From: the human T2T-CHM13v2.0 reference genome, Homo sapiens
Assembly: GCF_009914755.1 (NCBI RefSeq)
Contig: NC_060926.1
Length of the DNA: 64,000 bases
Direction: 5' to 3' (one strand)
Made by a program: the position numbers and the translations under genes. Under the pieces are notes generated by a model, which made no database searches, had not been told where the DNA came from, and saw only the letters and a program-made list of their open reading frames with translations. Shown here piece after piece: positions 1 through 14,115 of this stretch (positions are counted from its first letter, which is position 1; every line of letters begins with the position of its first letter).

Positions 1-189
1 CTCCCAATTAGAGTGTGGTTATTGAGAGCAGAACTTTATCTTCTATTCCTTTAGAATCTCCCTAAGTCACATAGGGTATGATTTGTACATAGCATAGCAC
101 ATGCTTGGTGAGTCATATAATGCCATAACTAGGAGGAATTCAGATAGAAGCCTAAACACTTCACATGCCATTTGAAATCAAGGCTTGGA

Positions 190-312
190 GTTGGAGACTA
201 TACAGATGTGTCATCAGAAGATCTGGGCTAATCAACCATCGACCTCTTACTAGCTGTATAAAAATGCACAAGTTCAACTCTCTCATATATAAAATAGGAA
301 TAATAAAATTAA
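190..312 (+). mobile_element. MIR SINE, 5' part; appears to resume near 4468-4495 after an L1M insertion
   Basis: MIR core-like 'cttactagctgtata...ctcatatataaaataggaataataa'; continuation 'aactcatggggttgtc' after the L1 tail. Confidence 0.55.
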
Positions 313-316
313 TAAG

Positions 317-1438
317 GAGACTTTAGTTTCAGTTCCAAAACATGAAGAACTTGGAAACTGTCAACTCCTGTCCTTTCAACTAGAATAAGCTGGGAAAAGT
401 GAAATCAACAGAGAAATAAATAAACCAGGCAAATTGCCACCATGCAACCTGGAATGACAGGTGCATTCAGAGAGACACAGCATCCAAGATTTTCTTACCT
501 GGGGCAGAAGCCACTGGGCTACATAAATCAGTAAGAAAACACTTAGACATTAATTCTGACAAATAGTTGAAGGCCAGGCATGGACTAGTGTGAGCATGAG
601 AAACTCCTAAGGACTACAGACATAGGGGAGCCCCACACACTTGTGGACTTCACCTGGAGGAACTCCACCAGGTTCTCATGGTGAGGGTTTGAGCAAGATC
701 CCCTTGTGGCCCTCAAAGAAGAAGGAATGACAAGCCACCGTGAAACATTTCTAGATGGTTCACCTAACAAGGGCACTGACTCCAAGGGAAGGGATTCATC
801 ACAGAGAGATTCTCAAACTTCATCTCACCTGGGTAAAGAAATTCCACCCACTCCAGCCAGTCTTACCAAAGGGGTAAAGGGGAACACAGTCAATAAGGGA
901 AATGGTTTTCAAAAAATTTGTTGGAAAGGTTGTATCCAAAAAATGAGGAATGAGCTATACCTCTGGAAGAGGAACAGAAACACACGTGAAGGACACAGCC
1001 CTAAGACACAGCATTCTTATAGTCAGATAAGACTCCTCACACCTCACCTTCATACTCTCCCCCACACCCCACCTCTGCCCTGACAAGCCTCCAGTATAGG
1101 AAGAGCGGTTTATAGCCAGAAGAACTGCAAGACACAGATTCCCTGAGAGAAGCAGAGCAGGAAGCTGCAAGGCCAAAAGGGGAGACAAAAATAAGATCAC
1201 TTGACGACTTTGCAATGTCTAGTATCTCTAGTTTCAACAAACTTTAAACACAGTTCAACTTCTACCAGCTTAACCAATCTTCACATAAAAAGCTTATTTA
1301 TCTCAATTCTTATGACCCATTACAATATGTCTGTAGTTTAACAACAACAACAAAAAATTACAAGGCATATCAAAGGCAAGCAGAAACACAGTCTGAAGGG
1401 ACAAAGAAAGTATTAGAAGAAGACTCAGATATGACACA
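317..1438 (+). mobile_element. Old L1M (L1MC/MD-class) 5'UTR and start of ORF1 region
   Basis: A-rich, ends with L1M ORF1-proximal motif 'caaaaaattacaaggcat...acacagtctgaag...agactcagatatg'. Confidence 0.6.
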
Positions 1439-1478
1439 CGTATCAGTCATGGTTCTTCGGAAAACAGAACCAACAGGA
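1439..1478 (-). mobile_element. MLT2 (ERVL) LTR terminal fragment
   Basis: 'tatcagtcatggttcttcggaaaacagaaccaacagga' resembles MLT2 terminus tgtattagtcagggttctccagagaaacagaaccaatagga. Confidence 0.5.
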
Positions 1479-1768
1479 CAAGAAACTGTCACTACGCACA
1501 TATTAGGATGGCTAAAATCCAAAATGGGAAACTCCAGTTGCTGCTGATGATGCAGTGCAATAGGAACTCTTGTTCATTGCTGTTGGGAATGGGAAATGGC
1601 ACAGCCACTTTGGAAGGTAATTTGAAAGTTTCTTACGTAGCCTAACTTTATCTTACCATACAATCCTGTAATTTAACTTCTAGGTATTTACCCAACTGAT
1701 ATGAAAAACTACATTTTTAATGTTCATAACAGCTTTATTCATCTCAAACTAGAAGCAACTAAGATGCT

Positions 1769-2528
1769 TGCTATGGTTTGAAAATGTCTCCTCCAACATT
1801 CAAGTGTTGCAATGTGATAGTGTATTAGTCTGTTCTCACATTGCTATAAAGAACTACCTGAGACTGGGTAATTTATGAAGAAAAGAGGTTTAATTCACTC
1901 ACAGTTCTGCAGGCTGTACAGGGAGCATGGCTGGGAGGCCTCAGGAAACTTACAATTATGGCAGAATGCAAAGGGGAAGAAAGCGCATCTTCACATGTAG
2001 GAACAGGAGGAAGAGAGAGTGAAGGGGAAAGTGCTACACACTTTTAAACAACTAGCTCTCATGAGAACTCACTCACTATCACAAGAATTGCAAGGGGGAA
2101 ATATGCCTCATATTTCCTCCTACCAGGTCCCTCCCCCAACATTGGGGATTACAATTCAACATGAGATTTGAGTGGGGACACAGAGCCAAACCATATCAAG
2201 TAGTATTAAGTATTAACTATATCAAATAGTATTAAGAGGTGGATCTAAGAGGGCTCCTCCCTCGTGAATGAGGTGAAGGCACTTACAAAAGAGGCTCCAG
2301 GTAGCATTTGGCTGTCTTGCCCGCCTACCTTCTGCATTGTGAAGATGCAGTCTTCCCTTCCTCCAGAGGACACATGTTGGGAGAAGAGAGCAGTCCTCAC
2401 CACACATCGGAACCTGCTGGTGCTTTGATCTTGGACTTCCCAGCCTCTAGAACTGTGAGAAATTTCTTTTCTTTATAAATTACCCATTCTCAGGTGTTTT
2501 GTCCTAGCAGCACAGACAGACTAAGACA
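1769..2528 (+). mobile_element. MSTD-like MaLR solo LTR, split by a younger MST LTR
   Basis: Starts tgctatggtttgaa, ends 'gcagcacagacagactaagaca'; MaLR motif 'gatcttggacttcccagcctctagaactgtgag'. Confidence 0.8.
1821..2198 (-). mobile_element. MSTA/MSTB MaLR solo LTR
   Basis: 'tgtattagtctgttctcacattgctataaagaactacctgagactgggtaatttat...ggggacacagagccaaaccatatca'; TG...CA ends. Confidence 0.9.
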
Positions 2529-4491
2529 GACTCTTTCAATAGGTGAATGAGCAAAAATCCTATAGTATATCTGCACATTGGAATACTATCCAGCAATTTA
2601 AAGGAGTTACCTGTCAGGCTTGTAAAGATGTGGATGAGTCACAAATGAATTTTGCAAAATGAAAGGCTGTATCTTGAAAAGTTTACGTAGTGTATGATTC
2701 TCTTTATGTAACTTTTTTTTTTAAAGGCAGGACGGTAAAGTTGGAGAAGAGAGACGTGGTTACCAGGGGTTTGAGGAGGTGGGGAGGTTGAATAGATGAA
2801 CTACAGAGGATATTTTTAGGGCAGAGAAACTATTCTGTATGACACTGAAGTGGTGGATACACAACACTATGCATTTGTCAAAATTCATAGAACTTTGCAG
2901 CAAAAAGAGTAAACCTTAATGCATGCAAAAGGTTTTAAAATTCCAGACTAGAATGCAGACTGTGATAAAAGAATCTAATTGTATTATATATGTATGTTAT
3001 ATTCTCACTGAAAAAGATAGAGTAAAAGGGGCTGCCCTACATAATTTTGGAATTGAATGGAGACAGTAAGACTAACAATTAAAGGACTTGTACATGACTG
3101 CTGCACTCTAGGTGATAAAGTTGTTTTCCATGGAGGTATAGGCTCGCAATTCTGAAACCACTACTCAAGTATGCTGAAATTGAGTAAGTAAGTAAATGGA
3201 GGAAAGAAAGTGAAAGCCAGATTTCTCACCATTGAAGAAGGAAGTTACAGATAAACAGAAAGTAGGGCCAGAATGAACCATATGCTGCTGAACTATATAG
3301 TTGGAGGCATTAATATGAATTCATGTTTACCTTAACATACATATAAATAAAAACATATTGCAATAATTATAGACATATATATATATATATACACACATGA
3401 TTTAGTATATCCACATCTATTTTCATGTACTAAGAAGGTCTGGAAGCAATGCCACTGCTGTAGCAACAAGTGCACCTAGCATCCAGATCTTGGTTTTGAT
3501 AATCATTCTCTGATGAAAGGAATTGGAACTCTTTGGAAAAATGGCTGATTCTAACACTTAGCTGGAATATGCAAGATGAACCTGAAGCCTTTTTCAGTGC
3601 CAGAAAATAAAGAAGTGCACACACACACACAGGCACACACGTGCACAAACACAATGTCAGAAATATTTCAAAGGGACACTGATGCCAATTGAAGGGATTC
3701 TCAATGGCCAAACCTGGAACAACTTGAGCAACAAAATAAACAAAGCAGTATTGCAATATAACCAATGTATAAAATAAATATTCATAAATCTGTATTGTTA
3801 TTAATAAATGATTAAATAAATAAATGGGGGAAAATATACAAATCTCCCATACAGAATTTCAAATAATGTAATAATGATTTTCTTTAAAGGGTACAGTAAT
3901 CGAGGTAACAGAGAAGTAACTTTACAGTGGACAAACGTGAAAAACTCTGCCTTTTGATCAAGCTTTGCATCCTTAGTGGTAAGTCACATTGACATGATGT
4001 GACAAAGATGGAAATTTACCTCTGTGATCTTCCTCTCAAAGACACATACCTCCAGTCTGGTGATGAGAAAAATATTATATGCTTCCAGATTGAAAGACAG
4101 TCTACAAAACACCTGACCACTCTTCCTAAAAACTGTCAAGGTCATCAGAAACAAGGAATGTCTGAGAAACTGTCACAGCCAAGGTTAGCTAAGGAGACAT
4201 GATGACTAAATGTAATGTGATGTGGGATCCTGGATGAGATCCTGGGATGGAAAAAGGAATTGGAGAAAACTAGGAAAATCTTAATGTTAGTTAATAATAT
4301 TGTTTCAATATTGGTTCATTATCTGTGACAAATGCACCATAGTAATGTAAAATGTTAGCTAGTGAGGACACTAGGTGTGGGGTTTATAGAAACTCTCTGT
4401 ATTAGCCTTGCAATTTTTCTGTAAATCTGAAACTATTCTAAGTCTAAAAGTTTATTTAAAAAGTAAATAATCAACTCATGGGGTTGTCAAA

Positions 4492-4496
<5 letters not shown>

Positions 4497-4558
<62 letters not shown>

Positions 4559-4560
4559 TA
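4497..4560. repeat. Compound (TA)n(CA)n microsatellite
   Basis: Direct reading of sequence. Confidence 0.95.
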
Positions 4561-5928
4561 CATGAAATCGTACATATTTGTAAATAACAAATATTAGTTA
4601 CAATTGAGATTTTGAAGCAAGGTCAATACAGACACCCCTTTGTTAATTTCTTGAGTTCAGAATTAATTGAAAAAATTGACATAGATATCAGACAAACTGA
4701 AAATCAAGATATCAGCTTTGTTGTTAATAGAGCCTAGACTGGAATACATGGCTTTGTGTGTAATCATGATAGTCTTTCTAATATTTTACACCAGAGCTAA
4801 ATTAAGTCACCCAGTGAGAGGAATAAGTTACAACTCCTTGTGGCCTGGGAGAAAACAGCCCCAGATTGAAATTTATCTGCAGGCAGGTGCTAAGAAAACA
4901 AAGCTCACAAAAGGCCCAGCCACACGCGTACCCTACTCCTTTTTCCAAAATCACTAATGAAAATACGTCACACTCCTTCTGATGGAGAGGAGTGAATGAG
5001 GAATGCAGAAAGACCAAGAAAGCTAACCTGGCTAATGTCCTTCCAAGTGGACACACGGAGCCAGGGAAAAGGGCAATTCTCTCTCTAGAGTTACAACAAA
5101 CACTCGAGAAGAAGCTGGGTGACACAAGGCAGATCTACACCGGCATCTCCTGGTTCCTCACTGATGGTCGTTCCTACAGATAACAAGGCTTGTGAGCCAA
5201 AAAACTGAATCTGAAGGCACAGGCTCTTTGCTCTGAATCACATGGATCAGTTGCCAAATCATTTTGAGTCCATGTGATGATTATAATTCTTTCACACTGC
5301 CTTTGTAAAGAGATCTAATCAAACCCTTGGGAAGTCATTGAAAACATACTATGCTCTAGTTCCTCTAGCTGGCCATATGAAGAGGTTGTTTATTGTTCAT
5401 CATGCCTAGCTAAGGGAGTAATGAGCTGGGAAATAGAAAGGAAAAAGCTATAGGAAGGAAAATAAGAAGATGTGATTCTGCATACTATTATTAAAAAGTT
5501 AAGAATTATCTACTTGAAATTTTCTTTAGAGGCAAATTTATGGAGATTCACATCCTACTCTGAAAACCTAGAGATCATTCCATGAATTAAATTTAAATTG
5601 TTTTCCATCTAAATATATTAGGAAAATGATAAATGTATTTTAATTGTCTTTACAGAGACACTCCTTGAGCTTTGTATTTAGTTCTGCTTATGGATTGTTA
5701 CAATTTTAAATATCTGTAACTTGGATAGAGACAAAATAGTTCAAATGATAGTTCTATAGAACAAAAGTTCAAAGAAAAAAACCTTGGAAAATTCTACTTC
5801 AGTAAATAACAGGTATATGTATTATTCTGCTACATGAAAATGTATATTTATAATGATTTAGAGGAACACAAATAGAACCCAAAATACTATGTACACAGTG
5901 ATTTTTTTCTTCCATATCTTGTTATTAA

Positions 5929-6120
5929 TTTTTTTTTTTACAGATGAGTTGTGAAGGTAGTAAGAGAGTTCCAATATATTATTCACTTAGCTTCTGTTAA
6001 TGTTACCATCTTACATAATTATGGCACATTCAGCAAAGCTAACCAATTAGCACCAGTACAATACTATTAACCAAAATGCAGACCTTATTTGGATACTCTG
6101 GCTTCTTCATGAATGTCCTT
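5929..6120 (-). mobile_element. L1MC 3'-end fragment
   Basis: Poly-T followed by 'tagtaagagagttcc...cttctgttaatgttaccatcttacataattatggcacatt...tactattaac...cagaccttatttgga'. Confidence 0.7.
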
Positions 6121-7894
6121 AGCACAGCACTTTTAACATGTGCTATGAGGGGGTCCTCTTCCTCTCTCCTCCACTGTTTCCCTTACTGTTGCCCACGGAC
6201 CTGTGCTTCCTCTCCTGCTTCCCATCCATCCTCTGTCACACCCTCTCCAGGACAGTCTTGCTATTGCCAGTGTTGCTCCTGGAGATTTTGCTGCAGAGCT
6301 AGAGAATGGCAGGACCAGAACAGATTGTCTGGAGGAAAGAGAGAAGGGAACACAGCCCTGAGACCAAGGCCATCTACACAGAAAGGAACTTGGAAATAGG
6401 AGAGGGAGGAGGAGCCAAAAAATGCATTTTGGGAGCTGTAATTTTGGCTAATAATATACTCTAGTCTAGATCCATACGAAATATAAGAGAGTTGGATGAA
6501 ACGAGGCTATGGGAAGTACTAATGGAAGAGTAAAATAAATTAGACTCATTTAACAATTTTTTTTCAAGAGATGATAGTTAAAGATTTAAATTCTACTTCC
6601 TTTTTAAAATTTTAATGCTCAGACTGGGATTTTTTGGGAACCAATTTCTATTAAGACTGGACCATGTAGGCCTATCACTTATATAGATGACAAAATTGTT
6701 TATATATACATGCTAATACTATATAAATTTAGATTAGTATAGACTGCAATGTACAGTGGGTCTTTCTTTATTAACTTAAACATTTTCTTTAGTAAAGTCT
6801 CTTTGAACACTACAAAAATAGAAATGCTAAAGAAAAATTCAGAACCACTGGATTAGATAAATCAGCTTCTGTACTACAAAGGTAAGGCGAGGTGCTCATG
6901 TTTGGAAGGTACATGTTTACTTAATAATAAAAGTCTCCATGACCGACTACTTTAGAGAAATCATACTCTCATTTAGTGTTTTTCAGGGAACTACAGGTTA
7001 AATGCTAGTTTCTCAGTGTGGGCTGAATCTAATCTTTCATCCCTGTTTGCTAACTCCTCACTCCATCTTTCATTAGACACAACTTCTTACTGCTTGAGAC
7101 AATGGTCCTTTTTGCCATTTTGCCATGTTTCAGAAGTTTTGCTTTAAGGGGGTCGCATCTTGACAACATTAGTTCCTTACCTCCTTATGTCCTATTAATC
7201 TATTTCTTACAGCCCCATTCAAAATTAAATCTTTCATCTTTGTTAAAACACTTTTGATTATCATGGCACCATTAGCAGCTGAAAACAGTTTTATAAATAC
7301 ACACTGTGAGTAATATTAAGATGTCTGAAAGTACAGAAGTTGGATTTACATTCTTTAAATTCTCGTACTGCCAAATGAAATCTGGGAGTCCAGGGAGCCT
7401 TCCCTATCAATGTAGGTGGCTGGTGATAATCAGCACAGCTCCTAAGAATCAGTGTGGTCATCTCTTCTTAGTAGTGACTGTCATTACCAATTTTAGATTT
7501 GATATTTGTGTGATGGTGTCCTGCTTCTAGTGAAACTACCAAGGGCAAAGTCTAACCCAAGTCACTTGACATGTCATCCAAGAAGGCTCAAGAGAACCTG
7601 AGAGATATCCTTTCTTTGTTTCCTTGCTGTACTCACTGTCTTCAACATAGTAATAGTCAATAATGCAGTGTAAATATCAGACATTCTCCTACAGAATTTC
7701 CCTAAGCTATGTGGGTCTCACTCTAATCTCACAGGTATTTGATTGTACTTCTCTGTGAAATTCAATAACATGTGAACTGGTGGACTGTTGGGTCAAGTTC
7801 TTGGTGGATGATATCTTCTTTTACAACATATATTGGCACTCTCAGTCAGATTTCATAATTACTCTGAACATCTTTTTTATTGTTTGTGGAATGG

Positions 7895-7972
7895 AGGTAA
7901 TTATTATCTCAAGGAGATATTGTGGGGATTAAATTAGAGTACGTGTAAAGCACCTAGCACAGTGCATGGGAA
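7895..7972 (+). mobile_element. MIR 3' fragment
   Basis: 'ttgtggggattaaattagagtacgtgtaaagcacctagcacagtgc'. Confidence 0.6.
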
Positions 7973-8264
7973 ATGGCTGTATTTCCAGAAGATATGTCAG
8001 CTTTCATGTGCCATGGAGATCCACATCTGAGTGTGAGCTCCTTGACAAAAAGTTATGTTCCTTGAGCAGTATGTTCTTATCCTGATTATCTCTGTATCAC
8101 TCACAATAGCTGCCATGGGACGGGTACATGCCCATAAAAGCTGCTCAATCAATGTTTTCTGTATCCTTGGTGTCTAGCCCAGTACCAGGCACAAAGTTGA
8201 CCCTTAATACCCTTTCTACCAACCCCCATCCATGGGACTCATGCTTAATCTGGAGCTAAAATTT

Positions 8265-8462
8265 CCCTGGCTGCTGCAGAGATTGGATCTCCTGGTCTTC
8301 CCAGCCCGGTCCTGACCTGGGGAAGAAGTGCAAGGTGGAAGAAAGAGAGAGGGCAAACAGGGGCCCTGGCTGCTGCAGAGATTGGATCTCCTGGTCTTCC
8401 CAGCCCGGTCCTGACCTGGGGAAGAAGTGCAAGGTGGAAGAAAGAGAGAGGGCAAACAGGGG
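8265..8462. repeat. Perfect 99-bp tandem duplication (2 copies)
   Basis: 8265-8363 equals 8364-8462; the ORF track shows an exact 33-aa repeat in two frames. Confidence 0.97.
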
Positions 8463-9536
8463 CTCCAGTAGGCAGTCCAGACCACCACCTCTGGCATCCT
8501 AGCAGTGATGACTGAAGAGTCAACATATGTAAATCACTCTCAAGGGGTCAAGCTCACAGTAAATTCAAATTGCCTGAAAATTTATACAGTGACAGCAGCT
8601 GCTATTTGACTTCAAAGTGACTCAAGGTGCAGGTAAGTGTCCCAAAGCTACTTTACCATTCTATTAATCAAATTATCCAAACCTACTTTGCCACTTCACA
8701 CTCTCTTGATAATTGTGGTATTCAGAATTTACTAGATTACATTTTTAACCTTTTAAAGTTGAGGATCCTTTTAATAACCACATAAAAGCTATACATCTCT
8801 AACCAGAAATTTGCATGCACACATACACACAAAATTGACATGTAATTTCTATTAATTAACAGTCCCTCCAAAGCCAACTTTTAGATTCCCATTTCTATGA
8901 ACCTTGAGTTAAGAAACCTAGTGTAGAATACCTCATACATTCAACCAGCAATACAAATAGGCTGATACAATACAAGATGCTGGAGATGTAGACTCACATG
9001 GATCTTTCAATCTACCTATCCTTGTAATGTGTAACATTACTACCTGTACAAATGATGTTATGGGAATGTGTGAATAGAGGCATTTCTGTAAAAATTTCCA
9101 TTTAAATTAAATTCCTGTAAGAGAAAGGATCTTTTGGAGAATGGATCATCAGATTCCCACATGAACTGCAAGATATATCTCCCCAGCAAAATGCCAAAGA
9201 ATTCACAGTAGGAGAAGTGTCCCTCTACCTCATGGAGAGATTGGTGGGTACTGATGGCCTTAAGAAGTAGACCAAGACAATGAAGGAAGACTTGACCTTC
9301 TCAAAAGGAAAAATGTCTTTTTAGAATGTGCTTAGTTAGCTATTCCCAGTAGTAGTATGTCAGTGACCAAAGTGAGCCAAATGCCCATTTTCTTAAAGCA
9401 TTAAAGATTCTGTAATAAGATACTGCCCTTATCAATCCATTAATCAATTATATTTCACAGTAGCTTAAACTAAAGCTGTCTAATGTTTAGTCTCAATCCA
9501 GCCTGCAGGTCTCTACTCTTTCTCTCTCTGTCTATC

Positions 9537-9855
9537 AGTATATATATATATATGTCTATTTATGTATATACAAGTATACACATACACAGATATGTGTATG
9601 TATACATATATATACGTACATACATATACACATATGTATACATACATATACGTATATGTATACGTACATACACATGTGTATATGTATACGTACATACATA
9701 TACACATATGTATACATACATACATATACACATGTGTATACATATATATGTATTTATGTGTGTGTATGTATGTGGGTGCATGTATATATTTGTATGTGTC
9801 TATACACAAAAACATACACATACACACCATATACATATATGCATATATGTATATA
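9537..9855. repeat. Long (TA/CA/TG)n alternating purine-pyrimidine low-complexity tract
   Basis: Direct reading; produces spurious Y/I/H/V-rich ORFs in all frames. Confidence 0.95.
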
Positions 9856-10360
9856 GATTTTAAGTAAACTGTATTGAAGTGTAATATATATATAAATCAC
9901 AAAGATACTTATTTTTAAAAATGTAAACACCAATTTAAACCCACTCAAATAAAAAAATAGACTATTGTAAGTACCCCAGAAGTCACTATTATTCCTACCT
10001 ATTTACTACCTAGCCACCTTCTTTCAGGCAAAGGTCAGATTGGTTTGTTTTTATAAATGGAAAAGTACATCGTGCAGTCTTTTCCATTAGGCTTCTTTTG
10101 TCTGACATTATATTTATATAATTTATTTGTGTTTAGTGTAGTGGTAGTTCTTTTTCACTTCGATATAGTAATTCATTATATAAATGTGTCACTATATTTT
10201 TATTCTACTATTGGTGGACATTTGTATCATTTCCTATTTATCACTTTATGAGTGACTCAGCCGTGAATTTTTTTGTATATGTCTTTTGGTGAACATAGAT
10301 ATGCAATATTTTTGAATATATTGCCAGGGTTGGACTTGCTGGTTCATAAAGTACATATAT

Positions 10361-10677
10361 TTTTATTCTTATCTCTTATTTATAAATGTTTTTGAGACAG
10401 AGTCTTGCTCTGTCGCCTAGGCTGGAGTAGTGTGGCACAATCATGGGTCACAGCAGCCTCTATCTCCCTGGCACAAACAATCCTCCTACCTCAGTCTCCC
10501 GAGTAGCTGAGATCATAGGTGTCTACTACAGTGCCTGGCTAATTTTTTTTTTTTTTTTTTGTAGAGACAGCATCTACCTTGTTGCTCACACTGGTCTGAA
10601 ACTTAAGGGCTCAAGCAATCTTCTGTCCTCAGTTTCACAAAGTGTTCGATTACAGGCATGAGTCGCTGGACCCAGCC
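10361..10677 (-). mobile_element. AluJ
   Basis: Divergent dimeric Alu with AluJ-type 'gggctcaagcaatc'; TSD-like acatatat...tttt on both sides. Confidence 0.9.
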
Positions 10678-11015
10678 ACATATATATTTTAATAGGTATT
10701 GCCAAAAAACATCCAAAGCAGTTTTACCAATTTTTTCTTCTACCAATAATGGCTAAGTATTCTAGCCATCACTGTTTGATATCATCGGTGTTTTTATTTT
10801 GTTGTTGCTTTTATCTTTTTCAGTATTAGTTAATTGCATGGGTGTGAAGTGGTATCTCATTGTGGTTTTTATTAACATTTCAATGATTACTCATGAGGTT
10901 AAGCACATTTTAATTTTTATTGGCACTTTGATATCTCCCTTAAAGAAGTGTCTAAGTACTTCACCCACTTAAAAATTAAATTGATTATCTTTTAATTACT
11001 GATTTTGAGAATTTC

Positions 11016-11688
11016 TTTTTTTTTATTATACTTTAAGTTCTGGGATACATGCACAGAAAGTGCAGGTTTGTTACATAGGCATACACGTGCCATGGTGGAT
11101 TGATGCCCCCATCAACCCATCATCTACATTAGGTATTTCTCCTAATACTATTCCTCCCCTAGCCCCCCACCCACTGACAGGCCCCTGGTGTGTGATGTTC
11201 CCCTCCTTGTGTCCATGTGTTCTCATTGTTCAACTCCCACTTATGAGTGACAATATGTGCTGTTTGGTTTTCTGTTCTTGTGTTAGTTTGCTGAGAATGA
11301 TGGTTTCCAGCTTCATCCATGTCCCTGCAAAGGACATGGACTCATCCTTTTAATGGCTGCATAGTATTCCATGGTGTATATGTGCCACATTTTTTTTATC
11401 CAGTCTATCATTGATGGGCATTTGCATTGGTTCCAACTCTTTGCTATTGGGAACACTGCCGCAATAAGCATATGTGTGCATGTGTCTTTACAGTAGAATG
11501 AGTTATAATCCTTCAGGTATACACACAGTAATGGGATTGCTGGGTCAAATGGTATTTCTAGCTCTAGATCCTTGAGGAATCACCACACTGTCTTCCACAA
11601 TGGTTGAATAATTTACACTCCCACCAACAGTGTAAAAGTGTTCCTATTTCTCCGCATCCTGTCCAGCATAGGTTGTTTCCTGAGTTTT
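11016..11688 (-). mobile_element. 5'-truncated L1PA7/8-like 3' end
   Basis: Poly-T then 'attatactttaagttctgggatacatg...gtgccatggtgg...cccatcaacccatcatctacattagg'. Confidence 0.88.
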
Positions 11689-13479
11689 TAATATTTCTTT
11701 ATATATTACTGTATAAGCTTTTTATCTTGTATATGTGTAGCAAATACTGTCTCCCATTCTCTGAATTAATTTTTCATGTTCTTAATGGTATCTTTTGACA
11801 AAAAGGTCATAATTTTTATAAAAGTCCAATCTGTCTAAATTTTTTATGTGTTAATTCTTATTTTTAAATTTTATTTAAGACATATTTGACTACACTAAGG
11901 CCATGAAGATATCATACAGATGTCATTCTACATTATCTTCTGGAAATTTTATTGTTTTTACCTTTTATTAGGTATACAGTTCACCTAGTGTGAGGTAGAG
12001 GTAAAAATTTATTTTCTCCATATTCCTATCCAATTGATTCAGTATTATTTATTTAAAAGATCATCCTTTCCTCACTGTACTGCATTAGAACCTTTGTTAT
12101 AAACCAAGTAACTACTTGTATGTTTGTCTTTTTCTGCATTTTTTATTTTGTTCAATCTGTCGATTTATCTGTCTTTGCACTAATTTCACACTTTCTTGAT
12201 TGCTGTGGCTTTAATAAGTCTACCTGTTAATCTAAGTCCACCATATGAAATGTAGAATTAGCTTGTCAATTTTCTAACACAAATTCTTGATAAGGGAAAT
12301 TGACATCACTTGAAGAAATAATGTATCTGGCACACTGGGTCTTCCATATTCATGAACATTGTATGTTTTTTGTTGATATAGGATCTTTAGATTATGCAAA
12401 ATGTACTATTTAGTTTTCTGTAAAGTAGTATTTAGTTCCAGATATTTGATATTTCTTTATTGTATTGTAAGTGGTATTATTTTTAAATTGTATTTTTTAA
12501 TTGCCTTTTGTTTGCATATAGAAATACATTAGATTTTTGATGGTTCACCTTAGGCATAGGGAATTTGCTATATTTACTTATTGATGCTAATAGTTTATCT
12601 ATAGAATCTTATTTATTATTAATTTTGTGTTATTGCATGAGATGGAACTACTAATACAATGTTGATTCTGTTACTATGCTTGACATTGCCTTTTCACTAC
12701 CCAGCTTTTCTATTCTATTACCTTTTTTTACCAGTGAAAAAATGATTGCTTCAATTCTCAGCTTTCTTCATATTTCAAGCTTCCACTTTATTTATTTAAG
12801 AGTATTCATAGTTTGTTACATAACATCAATTTTTTGGAGGCTTTGTTTGGATTTTTCTAATTCATTTATTGTCTATTATTTGCCTTGCTGTAACATAGTA
12901 TTTACAGTTCAGCATGCAACCTGTATATGTAACTGTACAAAGAGCAACAATATGTATATATTTAAAAATACTAGTTGTTTTGTGATCAAAAAGTAATTTT
13001 GTGAGAAGAAGTTTTATCCTAACATTATAGTTTGTTATTTCTGTAAAATATTTTACTGTGTTTTCATTGTGCTAAGAAATTGGTTAGGCATTTTGACTTA
13101 ATATACAACACATTGCATTTTTTTACATTCAAGATAAGGAAGAAATATTTCTAGTTTGCATTTTTGTAAAGAATGTCTGATTTTAAGAAACGAATTAATG
13201 ACAAAATGGGAGATGCCTGTATTTTTAAATGGTCCCATTACTGTGCCGAAATGAAAATCATAGATAACATAATGAATCTATACCCTTGATTTCAAAATCA
13301 ATAAAATCCCCTCATTGTATTTTATTGGAGAAATAGAATGACAATAACTTATGGCATGATATATATTTCAATAAGTAAGTGCTTAGACACAATTATGGTA
13401 GAAGACATAGGTAGTGAGTCTTACATATATGTAATGAAGTGACTGAGAAAGTAGCAAATACAGACTACCCAAATACCAC

Positions 13480-14115
<636 letters not shown>

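Larger units (their letters stand above)
1479..4462 (+). mobile_element. L1MC/MD-class ORF2 end and long 3'UTR, interrupted by MST LTRs at 1769-2528
   Basis: ORF2 C-terminal remnant 'cattgctgttgggaatgggaaatggcacagccactttggaag'; L1MC/MD 3'UTR motifs 'gaaaaatggctgattcta' and 'tctgtaaatctgaaactattcta...aaagtttatttaaaaa'. Confidence 0.75.
9857..12670 (-). mobile_element. Old L1M (L1ME-like) 3' end and ORF2 remnant, interrupted by AluJ and L1PA
   Basis: T-rich; motifs 'tgaagtgtaatata', 'ggtgtgaagtggtatctcattgtggtttt', 'ttccatattcatgaacattg'. Confidence 0.7.

Noticed and set aside
3440-3620. Similarity to 50680-50840 suggesting a segmental duplication
   Set aside because: Both are diverged L1MC/MD-class 3'UTR copies, so they are independent insertions.
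8216-8526. Two 93-aa ORFs with an exact 33-aa internal repeat
   Set aside because: By-product of the 99-bp DNA duplication; no recognisable domain or exon structure.
9483-9948. Y/I/H/V/C-rich ORFs in all frames
   Set aside because: Translation of a stop-poor TA/CA repeat.
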